DNA from: Bacillota bacterium
Lineage (GTDB): Bacteria > Bacillota > Desulfotomaculia > Desulfotomaculales > Desulforudaceae
Assembly: GCA_040757205.1 (NCBI GenBank)
Contig: JBFLXL010000007.1
Span: 44,143-108,142 of the forward strand
Length of the DNA: 64,000 nt
Reading direction: 5' to 3'
The notes below the pieces were generated by a model. It made no database searches. It saw only the letters and a list, made by a program, of their open reading frames with translations, and had not been told where the DNA came from. The position numbers were made by a program, and so were the translations under genes. Position 1 is the stretch's first letter, and each line of letters starts with the position of its first letter. Positions 51,710 to 60,010 of the stretch are shown here, in pieces.

Positions 51710-54061
51710 CTACTCCGGCGGCCGCGCCCGCCAACTGCTCGCCCGGATCGAGCTGCCCCGGTCGTGCACCGTGCTCGTTCCCGCCTCCATCCGCAGCACG
51801 AACACGGCGTCCGCGGTGCCCGAGAGCGGCTGATTGTGGGTGGTGACGATCAGTTGGCGGCCGAACGAGTCCGAAAAGCCTTTGAGCAGACGGGCCACCC
51901 GGGATAAAAACCGGTGACTGACCTGCTGCGCCGGCTCGTCCAGGACCAGCGGCCCGGGCACCATTGGACGGGCCACCTCCAAAAAGGCCACCCGCAAAGC
52001 GAGCGACACCACGTCTGCCACCCCGCCACCGTGCACATTAAGGTCCGCCGACCCACTTCGGTGGGTGCCCCAACCGTCCCCCGGGGTACCCGGGGGTGCC
52101 CCCTGAAGCGGGTCAGTCGGGGTACCCGGAGGTGCCCACGTGGGGCCCCCACGCCAGTCGGGGTAGCCGCGCGGGGCACCCACGCCAGTGGGTCGGGTCG
52201 AGTCCGGGGCACCCTCGCGGGACACCCTCGCCGGTGAGTCGGGTCGGGTCGGGTCTTTGGCCCAGCCGGAACTCACCAGAAAGTCGGCCGCCGCCGGCTC
52301 CCGCTCGTCCCGCAGCGTAATTTTGAACGCCATCGGGACGTCGAACACAAAACTCAGCGCCCGGGCGACCACTTCCTCGGCCCGCGCCAGGGCCTCGTCG
52401 CGGGCGCGCCCGGCCGCCAGGTTCAGCAACGCCGCTACTGCTTCCTGATCCACACCCCCGCCGCCGGTCGCAACGTTTCTCCTGGCCGCCTCGAAAAGCG
52501 CCGCCCCGGACATCCGTTCCAGCGCCCGAGCCCGCAGCCCGCCCGGCAGACCCAGCAGGAAGGGTCCCTCGCGTTCCTGGGCCACGTTCAGGCAAATGGT
52601 GTATTCCTGGTCCAGCGTCAGCAGCGCGCCGCACCAGGGCGGATCATCGCCGTCGGCAAACGGCCCGCCCAGCGGCGCCGCGTCGTCGCCACCCGACCCG
52701 CTAACGCAGGTACCCCGGTCTTGTGGGTTTGGGTGGTACGGTTGTCCCATTGAGTCGCCGCCCGACCCGACCCGACCCACTGGCGTGGGTACTCCGCGTG
52801 GGTGCCCCGCGCGGGTACCCCGGTCCGGGCATGTCCCCAGCCGGTGTTCCCGGACCAGTCGCCGCCCGTCGCTGCAGACTGCGGTCACCCGGCAAAACCG
52901 AGCACCGGCCCGCACGTACCCGTCCTGGGCCGGCTCCCGGCACAGCAGCCAGCGCAGCGCCCGGACGATGGCGCTCTTGCCTTGGCCGGTCTCGCCCAGG
53001 ACCACGTTCAGCCCCGGGGCGAGTTCAAGCTCGGTGTACACGTGCGACTGAAAATTCTCCAGCACCAGGTGCGTGAGGTGCGCCCCCCGCTCCCGCCGCT
53101 CCGCCCCGGCCTGCGCCAAGCACCGGGCGGCCTCCGCCGCCGCCCCGGGCGCGAATTCGCCGGCGCGCGCCACGTCCCGGAGCACTTCGGCCGGCTCAAG
53201 GTAAGTGCAGCTTTCCGGGCGCTCAAGCCGCCCGAAGGCGGCCTCCGCCCCTTCACGCCCCGCCGCCGCCGCGGCCAGCCCGGCGTCCAGCACTTCGTGG
53301 CCGGGCCGGGCCGTCTGCAGCGGGATCTTGGTGTGCACCGGGCGGGGACCGGAAAAGTCCAAAAGCAGCACCTGCGGCGTGCGCCGGACGTCGCCCGGCT
53401 GGACGGAGAGCCTGACCAGCGAACCCGGGTTGATGAACCAGCGGCCTTCCCATTCCACGTCCGGATAGCCGAAGTGGGCGTGGCTTCCCAGCGTGTAGTC
53501 GGCCTCGGTGTGGGGGGCGATCGTGCGCACCAGGGTGTGCGGCGTCCCCGGGAAGAAGGGTTTGTCCAGAAGCATCCCGTGGACCAGGTGGACGGCGTAG
53601 TCACAGTCTGATTTGGTCACGCAGTAGTCGCCCTGCTGGTCCACCCGGTCCATGTTGAAGTGAAAAGGGGTGCCCGTCAGTTGAACGCGCACCCCCCGCG
53701 ACTCCAGGTGGACCCTCTCCCCCCGGCGCAGCACGTGCAGCGTCCCTACCGAGTCCAAGAGCCCGAGCATGGTGTGCTCGAGGGTGTCCGGGTTGCAGGC
53801 GAAGATGTCGTGGTTCCCCTGGACCACGTAGATGGGTACGCCCATCCCGATGAAGATCCGGATGAAGTCGCCGACCACCGCGAGTTCCGGCGACGGCTGG
53901 TCGAAGAAGTCCCCGCCGTGCAACAGCGCGTCGACCTCCAGGGCGCGCACGAGCCCAGCGACCTCCAGGAGTTTTGCGCGGACCGTGGCCGGAAAGTCGT
54001 CGCGGCGGTGAGGCGGGTTGTCACCGCGGATGTGGGTGTCCGTAAGGTATAGCAAGCGCAT
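51710..54061 (-). CDS. Fused SbcD/Mre11-like metallophosphoesterase and SbcC/Rad50-like ABC ATPase without long coiled coil
   Basis: N-terminal DTH...GGDFFD...GNHD...GSHAH. Then ENFQSH...LGETGQGKSA (Walker A), HGGGV (signature-like), LVLDEP (Walker B) and TTHN. Immediately upstream of addB. Confidence 0.7.
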   Translation of the reverse strand: MRLLYLTDTHIRGDNPPHRRDDFPATVRAKLLEVAGLVRALEVDALLHGGDFFDQPSPELAVVGDFIRIFIGMGVPIYVVQGNHDIFACNPDTLEHTMLGLLDSVGTLHVLRRGERVHLESRGVRVQLTGTPFHFNMDRVDQQGDYCVTKSDCDYAVHLVHGMLLDKPFFPGTPHTLVRTIAPHTEADYTLGSHAHFGYPDVEWEGRWFINPGSLVRLSVQPGDVRRTPQVLLLDFSGPRPVHTKIPLQTARPGHEVLDAGLAAAAAGREGAEAAFGRLERPESCTYLEPAEVLRDVARAGEFAPGAAAEAARCLAQAGAERRERGAHLTHLVLENFQSHVYTELELAPGLNVVLGETGQGKSAIVRALRWLLCREPAQDGYVRAGARFCRVTAVCSDGRRLVREHRLGTCPDRGTRAGHPRGVPTPVGRVGSGGDSMGQPYHPNPQDRGTCVSGSGGDDAAPLGGPFADGDDPPWCGALLTLDQEYTICLNVAQEREGPFLLGLPGGLRARALERMSGAALFEAARRNVATGGGGVDQEAVAALLNLAAGRARDEALARAEEVVARALSFVFDVPMAFKITLRDEREPAAADFLVSSGWAKDPTRPDSPARVSREGAPDSTRPTGVGAPRGYPDWRGGPTWAPPGTPTDPLQGAPPGTPGDGWGTHRSGSADLNVHGGGVADVVSLALRVAFLEVARPMVPGPLVLDEPAQQVSHRFLSRVARLLKGFSDSFGRQLIVTTHNQPLSGTADAVFVLRMEAGTSTVHDRGSSIRASSWRARPPE
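52048..52255. repeat. GC-rich repeat cluster, copy H (in the sbcDC-like gene)
   Basis: A compound of both orientations: CCGACCCACTTCGGTGGGTGCCCC ... GGGGTACCCGGGGGTGCCCC ... GGGGCACCCACGCCAGTGGGTCGGGTCG ... GGGTCGGGTCGGGTC. Encodes DPTRPDSPARVSREGAPDSTRPTGVGAPRGYPDWRGGPTWAPPGTPTDPLQGAPPGTPGDGWGTHRSGS. Confidence 0.9.
52691..52838. repeat. GC-rich repeat cluster, copy I (in the sbcDC-like gene)
   Basis: CCCGACCCGCTAACGCAGGTACCCCGG ... CCCGACCCGACCCGACCCACTGGCGTGGGTACTCCGCGTGGGTGCCCCGCGCGGGTACCCCGG. Encodes DRGTRAGHPRGVPTPVGRVGSGG...DRGTCVSGSGG. Confidence 0.9.
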
Positions 54062-54164
54062 GGTCAGATCACGTCACAAGCATTTTGAATTCCATGTTCT
54101 ATGCGCTACGACCAAATCCTGCCCCTCCAACCCCGTCCACCGTCCACCGTCCGCACCCGGGCGC

Positions 54165-55223
54165 TCACAGGTGGCTGACGACCAGGTCGCCGACCGCGTC
54201 GGTGCCGTAGCCCATTCGGCCGGCCGCCAGGCTCTTCAGGTGCTCGGCGCACACCTTCTGCACCGCCCGCTCGACGCGTGCGGCCGCCCTGGCCTCACCG
54301 AGTTGCTCCAGCATCATCGCCCCCGCGCACACCGCGGCGAGCGGGTTGATCACGTTCTGCCCGCTGTACTTGGGCGCCGACCCACCGATCGGCTCGAACA
54401 TCGACACTCCCTCGGGGTTTAAGTTCCCCCCGGCGGCGATCCCCATGCCGCCCTGGATCATCGCCCCCAGGTCGGTGATGATGTCCCCGAACATGTTGTC
54501 GGTGACGATCACGTCGAACCATTCCGGGTTTTTCACCATCCACATGCAGATCGCGTCCACGTGGGCGTAGTCGCGCTCGATGTCCGGGTACTCCGCGCCC
54601 ACCTCGTGGAACACCCGCTCCCACAGGTCGAACGCAAACGTCAGCACGTTGGTCTTGCCGCATAAGGTCACCTTGCGCCGCCCGCCCCGCTTGCGGCAAT
54701 ACTCGAACGCGAACCGGACACAGCGCTCCACCCCTTTCCGGGTGTTGATCGAGGTCTGGACGGCCACCTCGTCCGGGGTGCCCCGCTTCAAAAAGCCGCC
54801 GCTCCCGGCGTATAAGCCCTCGGTGTTCTCCCGCACCACCACGAAGTCGATGTCCGCCGGCCCTTTCCCGGCGATGGGCGTCTCCACCCCGGGGTAGAGC
54901 TTCACCGGCCGCAGGTTGACGTACTGGTCAAGTTCAAACCGCAGGCGGAGCAGAATGCCCTTCTCCAGAATGCCGGGCCGCACCTCGGGGTGCCCGATCG
55001 CCCCCAGGTAGACGGCGTCGTAGCGTTTGAGCTGCTCGACCGCGTCCGCGGGCAGCACCTCGCCGGTGCGCAGGTAGTACTCGCCCCCCCAGTCCAGCAC
55101 CTTGGTGTCGAGCGCGAAGCCCTCCTGGCCGGCCACCGCCCCCAACACCTTCAACCCCTCGCGCACCTGCTCGGGGCCGGTGCCGTCCCCGGGAATCACC
55201 GCGATCTTGTACGTCTTTTGCAT
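54165..55223 (-). CDS. Tartrate/D-malate dehydrogenase-like member of the isocitrate/isopropylmalate dehydrogenase family
   Basis: [46 protein letters not shown]. The track ORF start at 55385 is an extension through intergenic repeats. Confidence 0.8.
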   Translation of the reverse strand: MQKTYKIAVIPGDGTGPEQVREGLKVLGAVAGQEGFALDTKVLDWGGEYYLRTGEVLPADAVEQLKRYDAVYLGAIGHPEVRPGILEKGILLRLRFELDQYVNLRPVKLYPGVETPIAGKGPADIDFVVVRENTEGLYAGSGGFLKRGTPDEVAVQTSINTRKGVERCVRFAFEYCRKRGGRRKVTLCGKTNVLTFAFDLWERVFHEVGAEYPDIERDYAHVDAICMWMVKNPEWFDVIVTDNMFGDIITDLGAMIQGGMGIAAGGNLNPEGVSMFEPIGGSAPKYSGQNVINPLAAVCAGAMMLEQLGEARAAARVERAVQKVCAEHLKSLAAGRMGYGTDAVGDLVVSHL

Positions 55224-55265
55224 CTTTTTTGTTCGCCCCTCCTCGAGTTGCCCTCGCTCGTATTC

Positions 55266-55437
55266 CTGGCATCCTTCGCTATTCTTCATCTCCCACCATG
55301 GGGTGCGCCCTCGAACGCCAGGCTCCCTCAGGCAGGTTGGCACCCTATTGCTATTCTTCATCGGCTGACCACGCGGTCGATCCACACCTCGTTGTTCAGC
55401 AGGTTGGCACCCTACTGCTATTCTTCATCCCCGACCA
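55266..55437. repeat. Degenerate tandem repeat (~67-72 nt x 3) that includes the pdp 3' end
   Basis: GCTATTCTTCATC occurs at 55278, 55350 and 55417. Copies 2 and 3 share ~42 nt (TCAG(G)CAGGTTGGCACCCTAYTGCTATTCTTCATC...GACCA). Confidence 0.8.
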
Positions 55438-56734
55438 CGGCGTGCACCAGCGGCCCCGGGGCGGTCCGCTCCGCCGCCAGGACGTAGGCCTCCCGGACCA
55501 GGGCGGCCGCCTCAGCCTCGGCCCCGCCCCGCCCCGCGCCGTGCAGGGTAGCCAGCGCCTCGCCCGCCTCCACCCGCGACCCCACCTTGCGGTGCAAGAC
55601 TACCCCGACCGCCGGGTCCACGCGCTCGTCCTTTTTCGTGCGCCCGGCTCCCAAGGCGAGCGCCGCCCGCCCCACCGCCCGGGCGTCGATTCCCGCCACC
55701 CAGCCGCCGCGCTCGGCCCGCACCTCCTGCCGCTTATGCGCCGCCGGCAAAAGATCCGGGTCGTCCACCACCGCCGGGTCGCCCCCTTGCGCGCGCACCC
55801 AGGCCCGCATCTTCTCCTGCGCCGCCCCGGACGCCAGCGCCGCCCGCACCAGCGCCCCTGCTTCTCCCAGGCTCCCCGCCCGGCCGCCCAGGAATACCAT
55901 GTGCCGCGCCAGCTCCAGGCAAAGCTCCACCAAATCAGCGGGCGAGGGCCGAGAGCCCGCCAGCACCGCCAGCGCCTCGCGCACCTCCAGGGCGTTCCCC
56001 ACCGCCCACCCCAGCGGCTCGTCCATCGCCGTCACCAGGGCCACCGTGCGCCGGCCGTGCCGCCGGCCGATCCGGACCATGGCCCGCGCCAGCTCGAGCG
56101 CCTCCTCCGTCCGCTGCATAAACGCCCCGGCGCCGGCCTTCACGTCCAGCACCACCGCGTCCGCGCCCGCCGCGATCTTCTTGGACATCACGCTGCCGGC
56201 GATGAGCGGGATGCTGTCCACCGTGCCCGTCACGTCCCGCAGGGCGTACAACATCCGGTCGGCCGGCGCCCACTCCCCGGTCTGCGCGCCCACCGCGAGC
56301 CCGATCTCCCGCACCTGCTCCGCCACCTCGGCCAGACCGAGATCCGTCCGAAAACCCGGGATCGACTCCAGCTTGTCGACCGTGCCCCCGGTGTGCCCGA
56401 GGCCCCGCCCCGACATCTTGGCCACCGGCACGCCGCAGGCCGCCACCAGGGGCGCCAGGACCAGGGTGGTCTTGTCCCCCACCCCGCCGGTGCTGTGTTT
56501 GTCCACCTTGATGCCGGGAATCGCCGTCAGGTCGACCGTTTCCCCGGACGCCACGATGGCACCTGTCAGGGCGGCCATCTCCCGGAAGCTCATTCCCTTG
56601 AAGTACACCGCCATCAAAAAGGCCGCCATCTGGTAGTCGGGGACGGTGCCGTCCACGAACCCGCCGATCAAAAACCCGGTCTCGTCTTCCGAAAGCTCGC
56701 CCCCCGCACGCTTTTTCAGAATCAGGTCCACCAT
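55418..56734 (-). CDS. pdp: Pyrimidine-nucleoside phosphorylase
   Basis: MVDLILKKRAGGELS..., VDKHSTGGVGD and SGRGLGHTGGT motifs. The ATG at 56734 lies 2 nt downstream of the deoB stop. Confidence 0.9.
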   Translation of the reverse strand: MVDLILKKRAGGELSEDETGFLIGGFVDGTVPDYQMAAFLMAVYFKGMSFREMAALTGAIVASGETVDLTAIPGIKVDKHSTGGVGDKTTLVLAPLVAACGVPVAKMSGRGLGHTGGTVDKLESIPGFRTDLGLAEVAEQVREIGLAVGAQTGEWAPADRMLYALRDVTGTVDSIPLIAGSVMSKKIAAGADAVVLDVKAGAGAFMQRTEEALELARAMVRIGRRHGRRTVALVTAMDEPLGWAVGNALEVREALAVLAGSRPSPADLVELCLELARHMVFLGGRAGSLGEAGALVRAALASGAAQEKMRAWVRAQGGDPAVVDDPDLLPAAHKRQEVRAERGGWVAGIDARAVGRAALALGAGRTKKDERVDPAVGVVLHRKVGSRVEAGEALATLHGAGRGGAEAEAAALVREAYVLAAERTAPGPLVHAVVGDEE

Positions 56735-56736
56735 CC

Positions 56737-57933
56737 TCAACGCTCCCCGCCTCCTTCCAAAACGAGCCGCCCGTAGAAACTTTCCCCCACCGGCCACCCG
56801 AAACCGAACACTTGCGCCACCGTCGCCGCCACGTCGGCCAGCGAGGCCCGCGTTCCCAGGTCCACCCCGCCCGCCAGGCCGGAGGCCGAGAGCACCAGAA
56901 GCGGCACGTACTCGCGCGTGTGGTCGGTGCCGGGCGTGGTCGGGTCGCACCCGTGGTCGGCGGTCAGCACCAAAAGGTCCCCCGGCGCAAGCGCCCCCAC
57001 CAAATCCGGCACCCGCCGGTCAAACGCCGCCAGCGCCGCCGCGTAACCGTGCGCGTCGTTCCGGTGGCCGTAGAGCATGTCAAACTCGATCAGGTTCGTG
57101 AACACCAGCCCCGACGAAAACTCCCGCAGCACCACGAGCGTCCGGTCCACCCCCTGCTCGTTGTCCCTGGTCGGAAAACTCGCGGTCAGCCCCCGCTCGG
57201 CGAAGATGTTCCCGATCTTCCCCACGCCCACCACCGCGTGGCCCCGCGCCTTTAAGGCGTCCAGGACGGTTTCCCCGCCCGGCGCCAGCGAAAAGTCTTT
57301 GCGGCGCGCCGTGCGCACGAAATGGCCCTCCGCCCCCGCGAACGGCCGGGCGATCACCCGCCCGACCGCGTGCTTGCCGGTCAGAAGCGCGCGCGCCACC
57401 CGGCAGATGCGGTAAAGCTCCTCCGGCGGGATGACCTCCTCGTGGGCGGCCACCTGGAACACGCTGTCCGCCGAGGTGTACACGATCGGCGCGCCGGTGC
57501 GCACGTGCTCGGCGCCCAGCTCCGCAATGATCGCTGTGCCCGAGGCCGGCCGGTTCCCCAGGGTCGGCCGCCCGATCGCCGCCTCGAAGGCCGCGATCAC
57601 GTCCGCCGGAAAGCCCTCCGGGTACACCGGGAACGGCCGGTCCAGCACCAGCCCGGCGAGCTCCCAGTGCCCGGTGGTGGTGTCCTTTCCGGCCGAGAGC
57701 GTGGCCATTTTGCCGTAGGCCGCCCGCGGGCGCGGGGCCGGCGGCACGCCCGCCACCGGGACGATGTTCCCCAGGCCCAGCGCCTCCAGGTGCGGCAGCG
57801 AAAGCCCGCCCACCGCCCGGGCGGTGTGCGCCAGGGTGTTCGTGCCCGCGTCGCCGTACGCGGCGGCGTCCGGCAGCGCCCCCACCCCGACGCTGTCCAG
57901 TACGATCAAGATGACCCGCTTCACAGGGACCAA
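56737..57933 (-). CDS. deoB: Phosphopentomutase
   Basis: [25 protein letters not shown] and TADHGCDP motifs. TTG at 57933 (MVPVKRV...) fits homolog N-termini better than the track start at 57996. Confidence 0.88.
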   Translation of the reverse strand: MVPVKRVILIVLDSVGVGALPDAAAYGDAGTNTLAHTARAVGGLSLPHLEALGLGNIVPVAGVPPAPRPRAAYGKMATLSAGKDTTTGHWELAGLVLDRPFPVYPEGFPADVIAAFEAAIGRPTLGNRPASGTAIIAELGAEHVRTGAPIVYTSADSVFQVAAHEEVIPPEELYRICRVARALLTGKHAVGRVIARPFAGAEGHFVRTARRKDFSLAPGGETVLDALKARGHAVVGVGKIGNIFAERGLTASFPTRDNEQGVDRTLVVLREFSSGLVFTNLIEFDMLYGHRNDAHGYAAALAAFDRRVPDLVGALAPGDLLVLTADHGCDPTTPGTDHTREYVPLLVLSASGLAGGVDLGTRASLADVAATVAQVFGFGWPVGESFYGRLVLEGGGER

Positions 57934-58023
57934 CGGCGCTCTCTCCTCTAGTTCAGCCACTGCCGGATTGCCGACCGGCAGCAGATCCCGCTTCACGGGG
58001 GTTAAAATGAGCGCTTCCCCCTC

Positions 58024-58935
58024 TTAAGCCCGGGGATGGGTGCGGTCGTAAACGGCGCGCAGGCCCCGGGAAGTCAGGTGCGTGTATACTTGCGTGGTGA
58101 CGATGTCGGCGTGGCCCAGCATCTCCTGGACCGCCCGGAGGTCGGCCCCGTTCTCCAAAAGGTGCGTGGCGAAGGAATGCCGCAGGGTATGCGGCGTGAT
58201 CTCTTTCTGGATCCCCGCCTCGCGCGCGTAACGCTTCATGAGCTTCCACACCGTCTGGCGGGTCAGGGGCCGGCCCCGCCGGTTCACGAACAAAAACCTG
58301 GTCCGCCGCCCTTTCAGGAGCACGGGGCGCGAGCGCGACAGGTACTCGTCCACCAGGCGGACCGCCTCGCCCCCCACCGGCACGACGCGCTCCCGGCCGC
58401 CCTTCCCCAGGCAACGCACCAAGCCGCCGCGCAGGTCGAGGTCGCCGGTCTTCAAGTTCACCGCCTCGGATACCCGCAGCCCGCTCGCGTACAGGACCTC
58501 CATCAGGGCCCGGTCCCGCAAGCCCAAGGGATTGGCCGTATCCGGGGCCGTCAGGAGCCGGTCCACTTCGTCCACCCGCAGCACGCGGGGCAGCCGCTGG
58601 GCCCGCTTCGGGGAACCGGTGTACTCCGCCGGATTGGCGGCCAAGACTCCCTCGGCGGCCAAAAACTTCAAGAATGCCCGCACCGCCGACAGCCGCCGGG
58701 CCACCGTGGCCGGGCGCCGCCCCTCGCGCTTTTGCTCCAGGAGATAGGCGGTGATGTGGCGCGTTTGCACCGCGCTCAGGTCGCGCACGCCCTGGGCGGC
58801 CAGGAAGGCGCCGAACTGTCGCAGGTCCCCCCGGTAAGCGGCCAGCGTATTCTCGGACAAGCCCCGCTCCACGTTCAGGTGATTCAGGAAAAGCGCCAAC
58901 TGCTCGTCCACGTTTTTTGCCACCCATAATGTCAC
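58024..58935 (-). CDS. xerD: Site-specific tyrosine recombinase XerD-like
   Basis: 303 aa with an N-terminal SAM-like domain. Catalytic residues fall in ...LRHSFATHLL...GHADIVTTQVYTH. Confidence 0.88.
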   Translation of the reverse strand: MTLWVAKNVDEQLALFLNHLNVERGLSENTLAAYRGDLRQFGAFLAAQGVRDLSAVQTRHITAYLLEQKREGRRPATVARRLSAVRAFLKFLAAEGVLAANPAEYTGSPKRAQRLPRVLRVDEVDRLLTAPDTANPLGLRDRALMEVLYASGLRVSEAVNLKTGDLDLRGGLVRCLGKGGRERVVPVGGEAVRLVDEYLSRSRPVLLKGRRTRFLFVNRRGRPLTRQTVWKLMKRYAREAGIQKEITPHTLRHSFATHLLENGADLRAVQEMLGHADIVTTQVYTHLTSRGLRAVYDRTHPRA

Positions 58936-58969
58936 ATTACTATTTTTTTCGCCACCAGCAAAAAAAATC

Positions 58970-59197
58970 CTACCGGGGATTCTCCCGGTAGTATTCCTTG
59001 AGCCACTCGATCATTTGGTCCAGGTAGCCCGCGTCCCCGCCCGGTGCCGCCGTCACCGGGTCCGCGGGCGGCGCGGCCCCGGTTTTAAACACCCCGTAGA
59101 TCTGGATCACCAGCAGGATGAAGATGAGCACCAAGAGGCAAAGCCGCAAGGCGAACAGCAGTTTTCGCTTGACCCGGGAAATGACCACGATGAACAA
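58970..59197 (-). CDS. Small membrane protein
   Basis: 75 aa with one strong TM helix, between spoIIM and xerD. Confidence 0.45.
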   Translation of the reverse strand: MFIVVISRVKRKLLFALRLCLLVLIFILLVIQIYGVFKTGAAPPADPVTAAPGGDAGYLDQMIEWLKEYYRENPR

Positions 59198-59215
59198 ATG
59201 CGCACTCCCTCCCCT

Positions 59216-59833
59216 CTAGCCCGGCAGGGACATCAAAAGCCCCACGAGCCGCGGCGTGACGTAGGCCTCCACGAACGCCGCGCTCACCAGCACCCCCGCC
59301 GCGCCCAATTGCATCGCCGCGTACCGCAAAAAGTTCGACCACACCCCGACCTCCGGATTAAACCCGCGCCGGACAAGCAAAAGCGCGAACGACACCGCCG
59401 CCGCCGCCGCGAAAAAGACCGCGGGCACCAGAAGCAGGTTTTGGGGCACGATCGCCGCCAGCACCAAGAGCACCCCGGAGCCGCCCATCTCCCCGGTCAC
59501 GAACCACATGGCAAACCCGAGCGCGAACCCGCGGACGGCCACGAGGGCCAGCATCACCGGGATGCCGATCACGGTGATTCCGGCCAGGAAAATTAGGGCG
59601 CTGAACAAGAGGTTGTTGTAGGCGACCTCGAGGAAAGTCTCCCGGGCGTTGAAGTCGGCGTGGTAGGCGTTTAGAAAGAGGTGGTCCAAGTACTCTTGCA
59701 GCTCCCCGGCCGTTTCGCGCTCCAGCCCGTTGGCCGCCCAGCCCCCGGCGAAAAGACCGCCGAAAAAGCAAAAACCCACCACCAGGTAGACCACCCAGTA
59801 GCCCTGGAGCGCCGCCAGCCGGAACCGCCACAT
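59216..59833 (-). CDS. spoIIM: Stage II sporulation protein M
   Basis: 205 aa polytopic protein starting MWRFRLAALQGYW. The track ORF start at 60052 is an extension. Confidence 0.8.
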   Translation of the reverse strand: MWRFRLAALQGYWVVYLVVGFCFFGGLFAGGWAANGLERETAGELQEYLDHLFLNAYHADFNARETFLEVAYNNLLFSALIFLAGITVIGIPVMLALVAVRGFALGFAMWFVTGEMGGSGVLLVLAAIVPQNLLLVPAVFFAAAAAVSFALLLVRRGFNPEVGVWSNFLRYAAMQLGAAGVLVSAAFVEAYVTPRLVGLLMSLPG

Positions 59834-59900
59834 GACCCTGGCCACATACACCTGCTCCTTCCCCGCCCAAACCTGTCCCGCTAGACAGTTTATGGGCCGG

Positions 59901-60010
59901 AGAAGGCGTTTATGACCGGCGTGGACGTTGAAGACAGTGGCTGAACGTGCAGCTGCCCGAAGGGCTGGGCCAAAGAAGGCGTTTATGACCGGCGTGGACG
60001 TTGAAGGCAG
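59901..60010. repeat. 37-nt direct repeat x2 (period 73 nt) duplicating the 3' end of the DUF3866-like gene
   Basis: AGAAGGCGTTTATGACCGGCGTGGACGTTGAAG[A/G]CAG at 59901-59937 and 59974-60010. The second copy contains the last codons and TAA stop of the 59983-61086 gene. Confidence 0.9.

Noticed and set aside
43684-51846. Many long alternative-frame and antisense ORFs across addA/addB (e.g. 48737-50965, 50101-51846, 43684-44772)
   Set aside because: AddA/AddB motifs define the true frame. The alternatives are Arg/Gly/Pro-rich GC artefacts, partly kept open by the stop-free repeats.
55224-55385. Extension of the ttuC-like ORF, and small MKNS... peptides
   Set aside because: They are generated by the tandem copies of the pdp terminus. 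The dehydrogenase homology begins at [14 protein letters not shown] (55223).
55229-56776. 515-aa plus-strand ORF
   Set aside because: Antisense to pdp, which has clear nucleoside phosphorylase motifs.
59901-60010. Possible mini-CRISPR (37-nt repeat, 36-nt spacer)
   Set aside because: Only two repeats are present. The repeat is the coding 3' end of a gene, and no cas genes or leader are nearby. The other ~70-nt period loci have unrelated repeat sequences.
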